IMG/VR virus record: IMGVR_UViG_3300030099_003747 | Location: 1-50,160 of that record | Direction: 5' to 3' (one strand) | Origin: a virus | Taxonomy: Duplodnaviria > Caudoviricetes | Length of the DNA stretch: 50,160 bases | Shown here: piece after piece, positions 10,055 to 19,673 of the stretch | How the letters are laid out: the number at the start of each line of letters is the position of its first letter | How positions within the stretch are numbered: the first letter of the stretch is position 1 | Made by a program: the position numbers and the translations under genes | Notes under the pieces: generated by a model | What the model saw: the letters and a program-made list of their open reading frames with translations, nothing else | What the model was told of the DNA's origin: nothing | Databases searched by the model: none

Positions 10055-12373
10055 TTACTTCTCGTATAGTGCTGGTGATCTAGACGCTGCTGCGCTGCTA
10101 ATGGGGCCAAACGCATCAATACTAATGATCGCCATCGGGTCATCAATGCATGAAGCGTTTAGAGACAAACTAAATACAGTGCATGATGGAATATCAATGG
10201 GAAGCCTGTGGGTATACGTTCTGGTGTCCCTATAAAGACTTGTCTCAGAAGTGTATGACCCTTGGACTCCGTTACTTGTCTCAATCTCAGCGGTGCTCAG
10301 TGAACTTCCGTATACAGAGATGTCATCGTTTTCTGGGTGAACTAGAGACACTTCAAGGTCTGAAGCCACTGCATTATCAAAGTTCCAATCAGCAAATGTT
10401 TTTACTGTCGCTATACGAGCAGAGCGTTCTTGCATCGTAAATACAGAGTCCGCTGCACGCTGAGAAAGGTGGAACGATGGTCCGAAGTCAGAAAAGCTCA
10501 TCCAGCCGCTTGTATACGTGCAAGAGAGGTCTGACCCTGGGTCATAGAGTGGAGACCCTCTACGGTACACCCAGACTGTTTTAAGAGACAAGAACCCAGC
10601 GTCCTTGTCTCTTGCTACTGGTCCATCTGCTTTTCGACCTTTCCAAGAACCCGCAATAAGGGTCATGTCGTCGATCTGCTCAGCAGCAACAACCTTAAGG
10701 TCTTTACGCATACGCCAACCCTTGTTGACGTAGTCCCATACAAACTGAAGATCAGGGGTAGTGCTATCTTCAGATGGAAGACAAAAGACCATTTCTTTTG
10801 TTTCCTTGTCTACCCAAGAGCAACCAAACCGAGCGTAGTTGTCATTTACTTCGGACAGCTTTTTACGAATAGTTGCGCCAATATCTAAAACGCCACCATC
10901 TTTAGATGTGTTGAGCATCCAGAACGTTCCGTTTCCATACCAAACGATCTGACCATTAGGAGATGCTTGGCTTAGGCTTGGACCAGAGCAACCAGCAATA
11001 GTGCTTATTGTTCCGAACTTCCAGCCCTCTGTCCCTGGCTCAGCGTAAACGCCACCGACAAAATGAGTCGCGTTTTCCTTAAAAATCAACATTGACTGGC
11101 TTCCGCCAATGCTAATCGGAAGAGCACCAGTGATGGCTCCTGTCTCTGGAAACACGTCTCTCCAGTGCCCAACATGGAAGCTTTCTGGAATCGAACCGTC
11201 TGGCCCTTGCTCGCTCCACCAAACGCGAGAAGGGTAGTCATCTGTACGCAATAAGAACATTGAGCCATTAAAAGGCTTCATGAAGTAGAACCCGACAGGA
11301 ACATTTCGACGACTGTTCCACTCTGAACCAAGCTCTGAGTCTGGAATGTCATCGATGTATTGAGTTGTCAGGTTGTTTGGTATGCGATGCAAAAACCTAA
11401 GATTGCCAACCTCTCCAGGAGGAAGCGATGCAAGGTTCATGGTTCTCAAAAGTATTCGAGCTTTAGTTCCGTCAGGGCCTTTTGGTATGTCGTTCAGGAA
11501 GAACCTTCTGCGAAACTTTTCAACGTCTGCTGGCTCTTTACCTACGTGAAACTGAATGGTTACTCGACTGCTTTTTTGAGATGTCTCTGAATAAGCGCCC
11601 TCTTCATTTTCATAGACAAGGGCATAGTAGTACAAGCCAGCCTCAATACCGCCTGTCGTGACAACGTTGTCTGAGATTACATTTGTCAGGTTGTAGTTCA
11701 GCGTCCCAATACGACCTGGGTCAGAAAAACCAGAGCCGTTTGACCATCCACCCTTTACTCCACTGTTGTCTGGCCTAGGGCCAATCGCGCTGATTGTAGA
11801 TGGTGTAGTTGAGTAACCAAAGCTTTTTACTCGGATTCCGTCCCACACATAAGCGCCACCACCATCACAGAATGTAAAGTAGATCCTGTTTCCAATGGTT
11901 TCCATTTGTGGTGGAAACATTATTTCTGATTGCGGTTTTACCGATACCTTTATGTTTTCTGATGTGTAGTAAAACTGCTCAAGCAGTCCATTTGATGAAT
12001 CATCATCATAAAAACTAGAGCCGTATGACATTCCGCCAGTTCTGTTTGCTGGACTAAACCTAAAGGCCCCATCGCTGGTCAGAAACAAAAGCTCTGGAAC
12101 CTCTCCTTCCCACTCTGCGTACTTCATTCCAAGTACGTTTCTAAGCTCACTAGGCTGTTTTGCTGTGTCGAAAGTACCAGCTTCCGTCTTTTCAGAATCA
12201 GTGTTCCACTCATCAGGAATCAAAGGCAAGATTTTAAACTTGTTCTCAAGGAACCCTGCTTTGGTTCCATGAAAGTTCATAATTTCATAGGCTACACTGC
12301 CATCAGATACGGGCAACTGGCCCATTACCTTAGCAAAACCAATGGTTTTACCTTTGTATTCAGGCCATGACAT
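10055..12373 (-). CDS. Tail nozzle/stabilisation protein (P22 gp10/T7 gp12-like), 772 aa
   Basis: Beta-propeller-like segments (RVWWSE..PESF, LIFKENATH, WDYVNKGW), size, and position after the adaptor. Confidence 0.7.
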   Translation of the reverse strand: MSWPEYKGKTIGFAKVMGQLPVSDGSVAYEIMNFHGTKAGFLENKFKILPLIPDEWNTDSEKTEAGTFDTAKQPSELRNVLGMKYAEWEGEVPELLFLTSDGAFRFSPANRTGGMSYGSSFYDDDSSNGLLEQFYYTSENIKVSVKPQSEIMFPPQMETIGNRIYFTFCDGGGAYVWDGIRVKSFGYSTTPSTISAIGPRPDNSGVKGGWSNGSGFSDPGRIGTLNYNLTNVISDNVVTTGGIEAGLYYYALVYENEEGAYSETSQKSSRVTIQFHVGKEPADVEKFRRRFFLNDIPKGPDGTKARILLRTMNLASLPPGEVGNLRFLHRIPNNLTTQYIDDIPDSELGSEWNSRRNVPVGFYFMKPFNGSMFLLRTDDYPSRVWWSEQGPDGSIPESFHVGHWRDVFPETGAITGALPISIGGSQSMLIFKENATHFVGGVYAEPGTEGWKFGTISTIAGCSGPSLSQASPNGQIVWYGNGTFWMLNTSKDGGVLDIGATIRKKLSEVNDNYARFGCSWVDKETKEMVFCLPSEDSTTPDLQFVWDYVNKGWRMRKDLKVVAAEQIDDMTLIAGSWKGRKADGPVARDKDAGFLSLKTVWVYRRGSPLYDPGSDLSCTYTSGWMSFSDFGPSFHLSQRAADSVFTMQERSARIATVKTFADWNFDNAVASDLEVSLVHPENDDISVYGSSLSTAEIETSNGVQGSYTSETSLYRDTRTYTHRLPIDIPSCTVFSLSLNASCIDDPMAIISIDAFGPISSAAASRSPALYEK

Positions 12374-13914
12374 TAGGTGGTCTCCGTTACGGGGTAGTCT
12401 CCAGTCCTAAAGTAACTAGTTGTTTTGATGCCATTTCCAAAAGTTGGCCTTTCATGACCAGAGAATGTGTACATTCTCTTAAGCTTTTGAAGCTCAATCA
12501 GGTGGGCATCGTAGTACATGCTCTTACGCTTAATGTCCCCGTCTCGATCACCAACAAGGTATGAGCAGGCAAGTTCAATAATGCAGGCATAGCACTCTGG
12601 CGGAAGGTTTGGACTGTCTGTATCGTAGCCAAGCGTTGGTGGCCGCTTGATGCATGACATCAGAATCTGATCCTTGGCCGTTGGCCGCTTATCAAAACGA
12701 ATGTGGTAGTGGCCCATGAAATCTTTCAACTGATACTTACGAGCAACTGGGTCAAAGTCTCCCCGGTCCACAACTTCTTTTGTCGATCCGTCCACTACTT
12801 GCCACAAGTAGTACACACCATCGTCTTCCATTTCACCTTTGTAAAGGCTTCCGCTTCCTTCTGCATCCAGAAGGCTTGTGCTGTGCCGCGCCCGAAAGAT
12901 CCACTTTTCTACACCAGATCTACCAGATGACCTAAGATCTGCATCCTGACCAAACCCATAGATGTAATCAATGTCAGGAGTGACTAGCTTGATTGCAGGC
13001 TCACCCCAGTTGCATGAGACTTTGTCTGATGGCTTTGATGGAGACGAAATATAAAACGGGTACGCAATGTCTGGGCCAAAAGAAGACGCGCCAACAGTAG
13101 AGACGGCTCCATCGATTTGCCCCATTGTTGGTGGAAGCCGTCCCCATACATGGCAAACACGGTAGCTAAACTCTCCAGCAGGACCAAACTCTCTGTTTTC
13201 TGCTCCTGTTGTGCCGTCAAAACCCCACTGATCTTTATCTGCCTGATGGCCGGAAAGTCGTGACGCTTGAGGCTTATAGTGCGGAGCCTCTTGTTGATAA
13301 AAGTCTCCACGAGAGAAGTATTGAATATCGCCTTGAGACTGCCAACCGGTTCCAATCTTGGCTCCAGTCATTTCTGCGCCGATAACAGAAAGCGGCACAT
13401 CTCTAGGATTAGTCTCTGGATTCTTTACAATACGACGGATTGATTGAATGTCTGCGTCATACGGGTACTCATATGTATAGATGTACGCAGTCATTGCAGT
13501 AGATGTGCTGGCGATTTCTGTTGGCACTGGTTCAGTTACCGCGACAACACGCTTTGCATCATCAAGATCAATGAATACCTCTGAGATTCGTCGCTGATAC
13601 CACTTGCCGTTGTACTGCCACTCGAACCAACGACCAGACAAGATCTTCTGGCTAATCTCACTAGTGCTAAATGGCGTCTCACCAGTAGAAACAACAAACG
13701 ATTTCTTATCTGTTGAGTCCAAGACAACCGTAAACTTGCGTGGAGGCTCAAGCTCAAGGCGCTCTTCTGTACGCAACAACACTTCAGGAATCTCTCCCCA
13801 AAGAGTTCGGAGTGATTGATTAATCACGTTGTTTAGGCGTCTAGATCCAGTTTCACCACGCTCGGGGTACCCAGTCTTTACGCGGATGGCTTCTCTAAGG
13901 TCAGACAAGTTCAT
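12373..13914 (-). CDS. Head-tail adaptor protein with inserted domains, 513 aa
   Basis: Adaptor-like N-terminus (MNLSDLREAIR...LNNVIN) and C-terminus (DSPNLPPECYACIIELA); position. Confidence 0.65.
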   Translation of the reverse strand: MNLSDLREAIRVKTGYPERGETGSRRLNNVINQSLRTLWGEIPEVLLRTEERLELEPPRKFTVVLDSTDKKSFVVSTGETPFSTSEISQKILSGRWFEWQYNGKWYQRRISEVFIDLDDAKRVVAVTEPVPTEIASTSTAMTAYIYTYEYPYDADIQSIRRIVKNPETNPRDVPLSVIGAEMTGAKIGTGWQSQGDIQYFSRGDFYQQEAPHYKPQASRLSGHQADKDQWGFDGTTGAENREFGPAGEFSYRVCHVWGRLPPTMGQIDGAVSTVGASSFGPDIAYPFYISSPSKPSDKVSCNWGEPAIKLVTPDIDYIYGFGQDADLRSSGRSGVEKWIFRARHSTSLLDAEGSGSLYKGEMEDDGVYYLWQVVDGSTKEVVDRGDFDPVARKYQLKDFMGHYHIRFDKRPTAKDQILMSCIKRPPTLGYDTDSPNLPPECYACIIELACSYLVGDRDGDIKRKSMYYDAHLIELQKLKRMYTFSGHERPTFGNGIKTTSYFRTGDYPVTETT

Positions 13915-13926
13915 AACAACACCTAT

Positions 13927-13965
13927 AAAAAAGAATCCCCCAAGAGCATACCACTCTTAGGGGAT
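13927..13965 (-). terminator. Rho-independent terminator after the decoration gene
   Basis: Stem (TAAGAG/CTCTTG core extended by a C-run/G-run) followed by TTCTTTTTT on the minus strand. Confidence 0.7.
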
Positions 13966-13986
13966 ATTGGCAGTCTACAAGTAGAC

Positions 13987-14472
13987 TTACATCAAGCCAG
14001 AAAGCCGAATGATTCCGGTAGGCTCAACAGAAATGTCGATAATGTTCGGTCCAACACCGATAACAGCAGCAGCCTTGGCTACTGATGAAATCGCCGGGTC
14101 ATCAACCTTTCCGGCTGACCCAGTAGCTACAAGAGAAGCATTTGCAGCAGTATCAGCAGCCGCTGTTACCTTGCAGTCGCCACCACAACAAACCCAGCCG
14201 AAGCTACCGTTTGGAATAATGTTTTGAGTAACTCCAGCAACAGTATGGCTGGGAGCATCTCCAGCAGAAAGCGCAACGTTTACGCTAGAGCCAGAAGCAA
14301 ATACGACAACAAGATTTGCAGCAATATCAGAACCACTAGTGTTCTTCACCATCCGGTAGTACTGCTTTCCGTATGTTGGGTGGATGTGCTCTCGGATCTC
14401 ACCGGTAACGCCAATGGCGCTAGTGTAAGTATCCGAAGGAGTTGAGAGATAAACCTTATCAGGTACGGGCAT
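13987..14472 (-). CDS. Capsid decoration/cement protein, 161 aa
   Basis: Small Ala/Gly/Val-rich protein right after the capsid gene; YRMVKN...AGV...GSFGWV pattern. Confidence 0.6.
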   Translation of the reverse strand: MPVPDKVYLSTPSDTYTSAIGVTGEIREHIHPTYGKQYYRMVKNTSGSDIAANLVVVFASGSSVNVALSAGDAPSHTVAGVTQNIIPNGSFGWVCCGGDCKVTAAADTAANASLVATGSAGKVDDPAISSVAKAAAVIGVGPNIIDISVEPTGIIRLSGLM

Positions 14473-14483
14473 GATAAACCTCG

Positions 14484-14507
14484 AAAAGAACGCCCCCCGA
14501 AGGGGGC
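14484..14507 (-). terminator. Terminator after the major capsid gene
   Basis: GCCCCC-TTCG-GGGGGC followed by GTTCTTTT. Confidence 0.75.
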
Positions 14508-14513
14508 TATGAT

Positions 14514-15614
14514 TTAAGCAGTAGTTGAACTAACAGCAGAAGCAGCGATTGCGCCGTTTGCCATTGGGTTTGTCACAGCCAACTGAATCTCAAGTATGAT
14601 GTAACCAACGTCAGCATCAACATTTGAAGTCTCAAGGTGATCAGAGAACTTGGTCACCCGGAAGTCGTTGTTTGCGTTGACCCAGTACTGGATGGTGTTG
14701 GGGTTCATCAGGTACACAGGGTTTTGTACCGTTGCTCCACCAGAACCAACAACAGAGTTAGCCGTCATCCAACGGTTAGCGTGGTACTGAACGCCGTTTA
14801 CAATGTGAACAGTTGGGTTTGCCTTACCAGAGGTAATGTCACCAACCGTGTACATAAGCTGAGGACCACTTGTGACACCAGTTGTGCGAACCTCATCGCC
14901 AACCAGAACGTGATCTGCAATACCAAGAACAGCAAGGGAGATTCCCTCTTCGTCCTCTGCGTATGTATCAGCAGTAATCTTGAGTCGCTCAGCGGCTGAC
15001 AGGAAGTCAGTACCCATTGTGCATGTCTCAAACTGGTTGAACCAGTTGTCAACGAAGTTTGTAGTATCTTCGACGCGAGTTTCGTTCAGGTACGTAAGAC
15101 CCTCAGTTGCCTGGGCAAGGGGGCTTTGGAACTGAAGAGCACCGTTGGTGAAACCAGAAGCCGTACCGGAAACGCGAGCACCGTTCAGAGTTGCAAGACC
15201 AAGAAGGTTTGAAACATTACCAAGGTAAATCTGACGAGTGACATCGTTGCGAAGAGCCTGCATTGCTGCGTTTGACTCATCTTGAACGAAACGCTTGACC
15301 TCTTCCTTGCTGCTCATGCGATCACGATCGATGTGCGGAAGGATGATGGGCTTGATGTACTTTGCCCAGTCACCAGTCATGGCGCTAAGAGTCTCGCGCT
15401 TGGCCAGTGGCACAGAGAGGTTGGTCTCGTTGATCTCAACGACATCCGAGTGGCCAGACTTCACGCGAACAACGCGAACTTGAGAACCACCGGAACGCTT
15501 GACCTGCATACGAGACTGAAGGGCCTTGAGCAGCGGATCACGGTTGTAGAAGGAAATCACAGACTTCTTTACGACGTCTGGGACTGTCAGGGTTGCGTAC
15601 TCCAAAAGAGCCAT
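14514..15614 (-). CDS. Major capsid protein (HK97 fold), 366 aa
   Basis: Size; follows the scaffold gene; GLATL and YLMNPNTI segments; downstream terminator. Confidence 0.8.
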   Translation of the reverse strand: MALLEYATLTVPDVVKKSVISFYNRDPLLKALQSRMQVKRSGGSQVRVVRVKSGHSDVVEINETNLSVPLAKRETLSAMTGDWAKYIKPIILPHIDRDRMSSKEEVKRFVQDESNAAMQALRNDVTRQIYLGNVSNLLGLATLNGARVSGTASGFTNGALQFQSPLAQATEGLTYLNETRVEDTTNFVDNWFNQFETCTMGTDFLSAAERLKITADTYAEDEEGISLAVLGIADHVLVGDEVRTTGVTSGPQLMYTVGDITSGKANPTVHIVNGVQYHANRWMTANSVVGSGGATVQNPVYLMNPNTIQYWVNANNDFRVTKFSDHLETSNVDADVGYIILEIQLAVTNPMANGAIAASAVSSTTA

Positions 15615-15635
15615 TTTGTTCTCCTAAGAGAGGGG

Positions 15636-16559
15636 TTATCTGTCCAAAAGGTGTGCGTGTCGGTCTAAAACTTCAGACCAATCAAGTTCGTTGACGCTTC
15701 GAACCGGAGCACTTGTTGCAATCCGTCCGTCAGCGATGAGGGCTTGTTTGCTTGCAGATTCATCTGAAGTCTTCGTTTGTTTAGGTTGTTCATTTTGTTT
15801 AGGTTGAACATTACCATACTTCTGACTCTTCAGGCTGTTTTTGTCAATACCTGTTTTCCACAAAGAATATGAATACGCATCATTCATTCGATCAAGGACA
15901 GTGTTGCCATCGTACTTTTCGTACAAGGACTCAAGCTCCTTGGCGAACAAATCACGAGCATTGTCTGGAATGTTTTCGTATTCAGGATTTGTCGCAGTAA
16001 ACGCCTGCCATGCAGTATCAATCATGTCTGAAGACATTGAGTTGATGAAATCATTTTGCTCATCAATGCGAAGCTGTAGTGGCTTTACTTCGTAGCCAGA
16101 AGACTCCATTGCATCGATGAGGTCAACAAACTCTTTTCGTGCGCTTTCAAAAGACTCTTTCTCTGCCTTCATTGTTGCCACTTCTTGAGCAACAAGACTC
16201 ATGATTGGCTTTACGTATGCTTGAACCTGCTCAGGCATAGAGGCGACATTAATGTCATTAAAGCTATCAAAGCTTACTTGTGGAGTCTCTTGAGATACAT
16301 TCTCATTTGAGCCATGTTGCTCATCTTGAGCATCCGGCGTTCCCTCTTGGGGACTAGTGAGAAGTTCTGGGTCTTGTTCTGCCGACCCAAGTACAGCGTT
16401 TTCAGGCGACTCTTCTGTACCTGTAACCTGGGTTGAGTCTTCGCCAGAGCTACCATCAGAACTAAAGTCCTGGGATTGGGGGGGCTGCTGGTCCAGGGAT
16501 GCTTGGCCCTGCACTTGAGCCTGCTGTTCCGATAGGGATGATTCCGGTTGCAATTCCAT
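15636..16559 (-). CDS. Capsid scaffolding protein, 307 aa
   Basis: Acidic disordered N-terminus, central coiled coil, directly upstream of the capsid gene; GGAG before the ATG. Confidence 0.7.
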   Translation of the reverse strand: MELQPESSLSEQQAQVQGQASLDQQPPQSQDFSSDGSSGEDSTQVTGTEESPENAVLGSAEQDPELLTSPQEGTPDAQDEQHGSNENVSQETPQVSFDSFNDINVASMPEQVQAYVKPIMSLVAQEVATMKAEKESFESARKEFVDLIDAMESSGYEVKPLQLRIDEQNDFINSMSSDMIDTAWQAFTATNPEYENIPDNARDLFAKELESLYEKYDGNTVLDRMNDAYSYSLWKTGIDKNSLKSQKYGNVQPKQNEQPKQTKTSDESASKQALIADGRIATSAPVRSVNELDWSEVLDRHAHLLDR

Positions 16560-16980
16560 TGACGAACTCCATCAAATCTGCGTCATTGTTTAGGTTGTAG
16601 ATTCCGGGTGACTGCATATCAGCCACACCTTGTAGTACCTGAATAAGATCAGGAGACATTTGGTTTGTCGCTCGATCCATCAATCCAGCCTCAACCAAGG
16701 CGGTTGTTGCTGCTTGAATGAGATCAGGGGACAACATATCCAGAGGAACTTCTGGGTCCATCACCGCAGATACCGCAACATCTCCAACCTCTTCTTCCAT
16801 TTCTGTGGCTGGTGCTGGTGCCATCATTGACTCTTCTGAAATGGGAGCAGCGGGAAGCGTTTCTGCCATCCCATCTCCAGCAAGAAGACGCTCAAGATTT
16901 GCTGACTCTTGCATTACAAGCGCTTCAAGATCTTCAAGAGGCATGGCTGCGAGTTGCTCAGATGTGTATTGTGCGGGCAT
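16462..16980 (-). CDS. Acidic hypothetical protein, 172 aa (overlaps scaffold by 98 nt)
   Basis: ATG immediately after the upstream stop; protein-like composition. Confidence 0.65.
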   Translation of the reverse strand: MPAQYTSEQLAAMPLEDLEALVMQESANLERLLAGDGMAETLPAAPISEESMMAPAPATEMEEEVGDVAVSAVMDPEVPLDMLSPDLIQAATTALVEAGLMDRATNQMSPDLIQVLQGVADMQSPGIYNLNNDADLMEFVNGIATGIIPIGTAGSSAGPSIPGPAAPPIPGL

Positions 16981-16985
16981 ATTTC

Positions 16986-17498
16986 CTACTTTGCGGCTGG
17001 CCTAGCAGTCGCTTTTTGTGAGATGTCCACCTTCCCAGATCGTGCATCGTTTTCAGCTTGATCTGATGCGGCTTTCCATTTGTGATATTTAGTTTCTGAC
17101 CAACCGGTTGAATCCAGCATTTCTTTCTTATGAATATGGTTTGCAAGGCCAACGTGGCTTCCCTCGTTGTACGCCTCGCCCATTTCAAACATCTCTTGCT
17201 TGCTTGAATAGATGTAGTCTTTGTGTGCCTGTGAACCCGGCTCAACCCGACTCCACTGGTTCTCATCTTCGATCTTTTTGATGTCCTTGTACGACTTGAC
17301 CTCTTTGCCAAAGGCAACAGAGTAGTCATGCAATCCTTCAAATACTGGACCGACATGAGTAAATCTTTGAACGCCACACTTGTCTGCCGTAGCATCACAA
17401 AAGTGGCAATCAGCTTTAGAAGTATCTGCTCCTGGAGAAAGGAATAGTTCTTCAAACTTGTTTCCGCACGACCTGCACTCGTACATAAACATTGGCAT
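16986..17498 (-). CDS. FmdB-type zinc-ribbon protein, 170 aa
   Basis: MPMFMYECRSCGNKFEEL...CHFC signature; start reassigned to ATG 17498. Confidence 0.75.
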   Translation of the reverse strand: MPMFMYECRSCGNKFEELFLSPGADTSKADCHFCDATADKCGVQRFTHVGPVFEGLHDYSVAFGKEVKSYKDIKKIEDENQWSRVEPGSQAHKDYIYSSKQEMFEMGEAYNEGSHVGLANHIHKKEMLDSTGWSETKYHKWKAASDQAENDARSGKVDISQKATARPAAK

Positions 17499-17499
17499 A

Positions 17500-17895
17500 T
17501 CAGTATTCGCTACGTTCTGATTTTTTTGAATCAGAATCACCGTACATTTCTTTGCACATCTCCATAAGCTTATCGGCCAGCTTCATGTGATGCTTTGAAG
17601 CCTTGTACATTTCTGCTGCCATTTGCTTCATTGTTGCGTGGTGATCGTCTGGATAATCATCTGAAGAGTGCTCGTGCTTTTCTTCATTTTCGTATGCATT
17701 GTATGAGTCCTTAGAGAAGTGGTCCATGCCACCCATCTTTTCTGCCATTGACTCATCGGAAGCAAGCATCTCTGCAAATTCTTCTGGAGACTTTGCCCCC
17801 ATCATTCCGCTTGGAGCCTCAATAATAAGAAGACTCATGGCTTCTTTATCTCCGCCATGCGCTTTCTTGGCCATATCGTGAAAGTTCATCTTCAT
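17500..17895 (-). CDS. Met/His-rich hypothetical protein, 131 aa
   Basis: AGGAG RBS; follows the portal gene. Confidence 0.65.
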   Translation of the reverse strand: MKMNFHDMAKKAHGGDKEAMSLLIIEAPSGMMGAKSPEEFAEMLASDESMAEKMGGMDHFSKDSYNAYENEEKHEHSSDDYPDDHHATMKQMAAEMYKASKHHMKLADKLMEMCKEMYGDSDSKKSERSEY

Positions 17896-17903
17896 TGTGT
17901 CTC

Positions 17904-19673
17904 CTAAGACTCGCCCATTCCAGGCATATTGGGGATTACAGGCATACCTGGCATTGGTGCGCCAATTGCTGCTATATCTTCAATAGCTGACGCAGAGTCA
18001 ACCTCTGCACCTTCTTGTAACGACTCTACTTCTACTGCGTCACCTTTTACAAGCGACGGCCTAAATCCGAAGGAGTCAACAATCTCTCTAACAAGCTCTT
18101 CTTGGTCTATTGCTTCTGACATGGGACCACCAGAAGACAGCGGCATAAGTAGATCGACCAAGTGTGCTCTTCGCGCAATCTTGTCTTCCATGAGTGGACT
18201 GAATGGCAAAAGTCTAAACTTTGGAGACTTTTCTACAATCTCTTGCTTGAATGTAGAAGGCTCTACATCGTACTGAACAAAATCTGAAATACGATCAAAG
18301 TTGATTCCAGATACATCTTCATGAACGATTGCCCACTTCAGTGAATCAAGCGCCTTCCTGAACATAGTTGTCACAACCCGAACAACCTTTCGCGACCGAA
18401 TAGACAAGCGACCCTCGATAGCTGCTCGAATCATGTTTGCTTCAGCAGCGGTGCGAATGTTCCTTACTTGTCCTTGTTGGTAGTCGCCCATGCCAGGAAG
18501 CCAGCGAATAGAATCAACCGACTGTGCCAGATGTTGGTTGAAGTCAAATGTCGTTGGCATTTCTGGGCTAACAAAAATGTGCTGATCAATCGTTCCGTCT
18601 GGTGGGCCTTGGACCAGAGTAGGCTCCCAAGTCTTTGCGTTCTTGAATCGCTCAAACTCATCATCAGACCTAAACAGCTTTGAATCAATCAACATGCGGC
18701 GAGGCAGTCTTGCGACCACTTCTCGTCTCGCACTTACAAGTTCATTGATGTCTCTTTGTACAGGAGCAACCAGACTAACATCAGAGATCCCACGAATGCG
18801 GCCAATCCCAGGATGAAATACCAAGACTTCGTAGGGTCTTCCATAAGGAATCTTAGACTCCATCAAGATTTGGCTTGTGTCTGGGTGAAGGTGGTACAAC
18901 CTATTGTGCTTGAAGTCCCAAAACTCAACAAGTGAAACGTACTCTTTAAGTCCAGCATCACGAAGCTTAATCTCTGCTTCGTCTTTCATTTGGTTGTAGA
19001 CCAAGCTTCTAGGGTACGTGTCGCCTTTGATTGTCTTTTCTGGCTTAGAGTAAATACCCTTTTCAATGCGAGACTTAAGGTCTTCCATGTGAATAACAAA
19101 ACGCTCAAAGCACCACATTGCGTCTTCAGGGCGCTTGGCGTTGGGGTCAAAGTGAACTTCCCATGGAAGCTTTGTGCGCCAGATTGGACGACCAAGGTCG
19201 GAAGACCACATGACCTTGATTACACTCATATCAAAAATGAGTGCGTGCAGAATAAGCTCGCGAAGGCTCTCATCTAGAGAGTCTTCTTCTGCAAAGTAGT
19301 TTAGTGCAGCCGCAATACGCTTTCCGGCAAAAGTCGAATCTTGGGCCCGTGATGGTGTTTTGTACGAGTTTTCCCTTTGATCAATCGCTTCAACTTGCGG
19401 AAGATCCATTGCCAAAGAAGACGCAATCGTATCAACAATCGGAAAGACTTCATTTTGAACCGCCGAGTAATGCCGTGCAGTATCCTGCGCAGTGCCCACT
19501 GAGTAGCCGTCTCCAGACCAAAACTCACCACGGTAGTAAGCTAGGTTGCGAATAAGCTCTTCTGCTCGGTACTTTTTAAAGTTGTCTTCAGTCTGAGAAA
19601 TAAGAGTAGTAAGCTTACGTACCCTCTTTTCTTCTTTAGACATCTGTTTGGTGTCTTCGTAATCGTAGCTCAT
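17904..19673 (-). CDS. Portal protein (P22-like), 589 aa
   Basis: YYRG..W, FDPNA, QRDINELVS and RTAAEAN motifs; follows TerL. Confidence 0.85.
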   Translation of the reverse strand: MSYDYEDTKQMSKEEKRVRKLTTLISQTEDNFKKYRAEELIRNLAYYRGEFWSGDGYSVGTAQDTARHYSAVQNEVFPIVDTIASSLAMDLPQVEAIDQRENSYKTPSRAQDSTFAGKRIAAALNYFAEEDSLDESLRELILHALIFDMSVIKVMWSSDLGRPIWRTKLPWEVHFDPNAKRPEDAMWCFERFVIHMEDLKSRIEKGIYSKPEKTIKGDTYPRSLVYNQMKDEAEIKLRDAGLKEYVSLVEFWDFKHNRLYHLHPDTSQILMESKIPYGRPYEVLVFHPGIGRIRGISDVSLVAPVQRDINELVSARREVVARLPRRMLIDSKLFRSDDEFERFKNAKTWEPTLVQGPPDGTIDQHIFVSPEMPTTFDFNQHLAQSVDSIRWLPGMGDYQQGQVRNIRTAAEANMIRAAIEGRLSIRSRKVVRVVTTMFRKALDSLKWAIVHEDVSGINFDRISDFVQYDVEPSTFKQEIVEKSPKFRLLPFSPLMEDKIARRAHLVDLLMPLSSGGPMSEAIDQEELVREIVDSFGFRPSLVKGDAVEVESLQEGAEVDSASAIEDIAAIGAPMPGMPVIPNMPGMGES

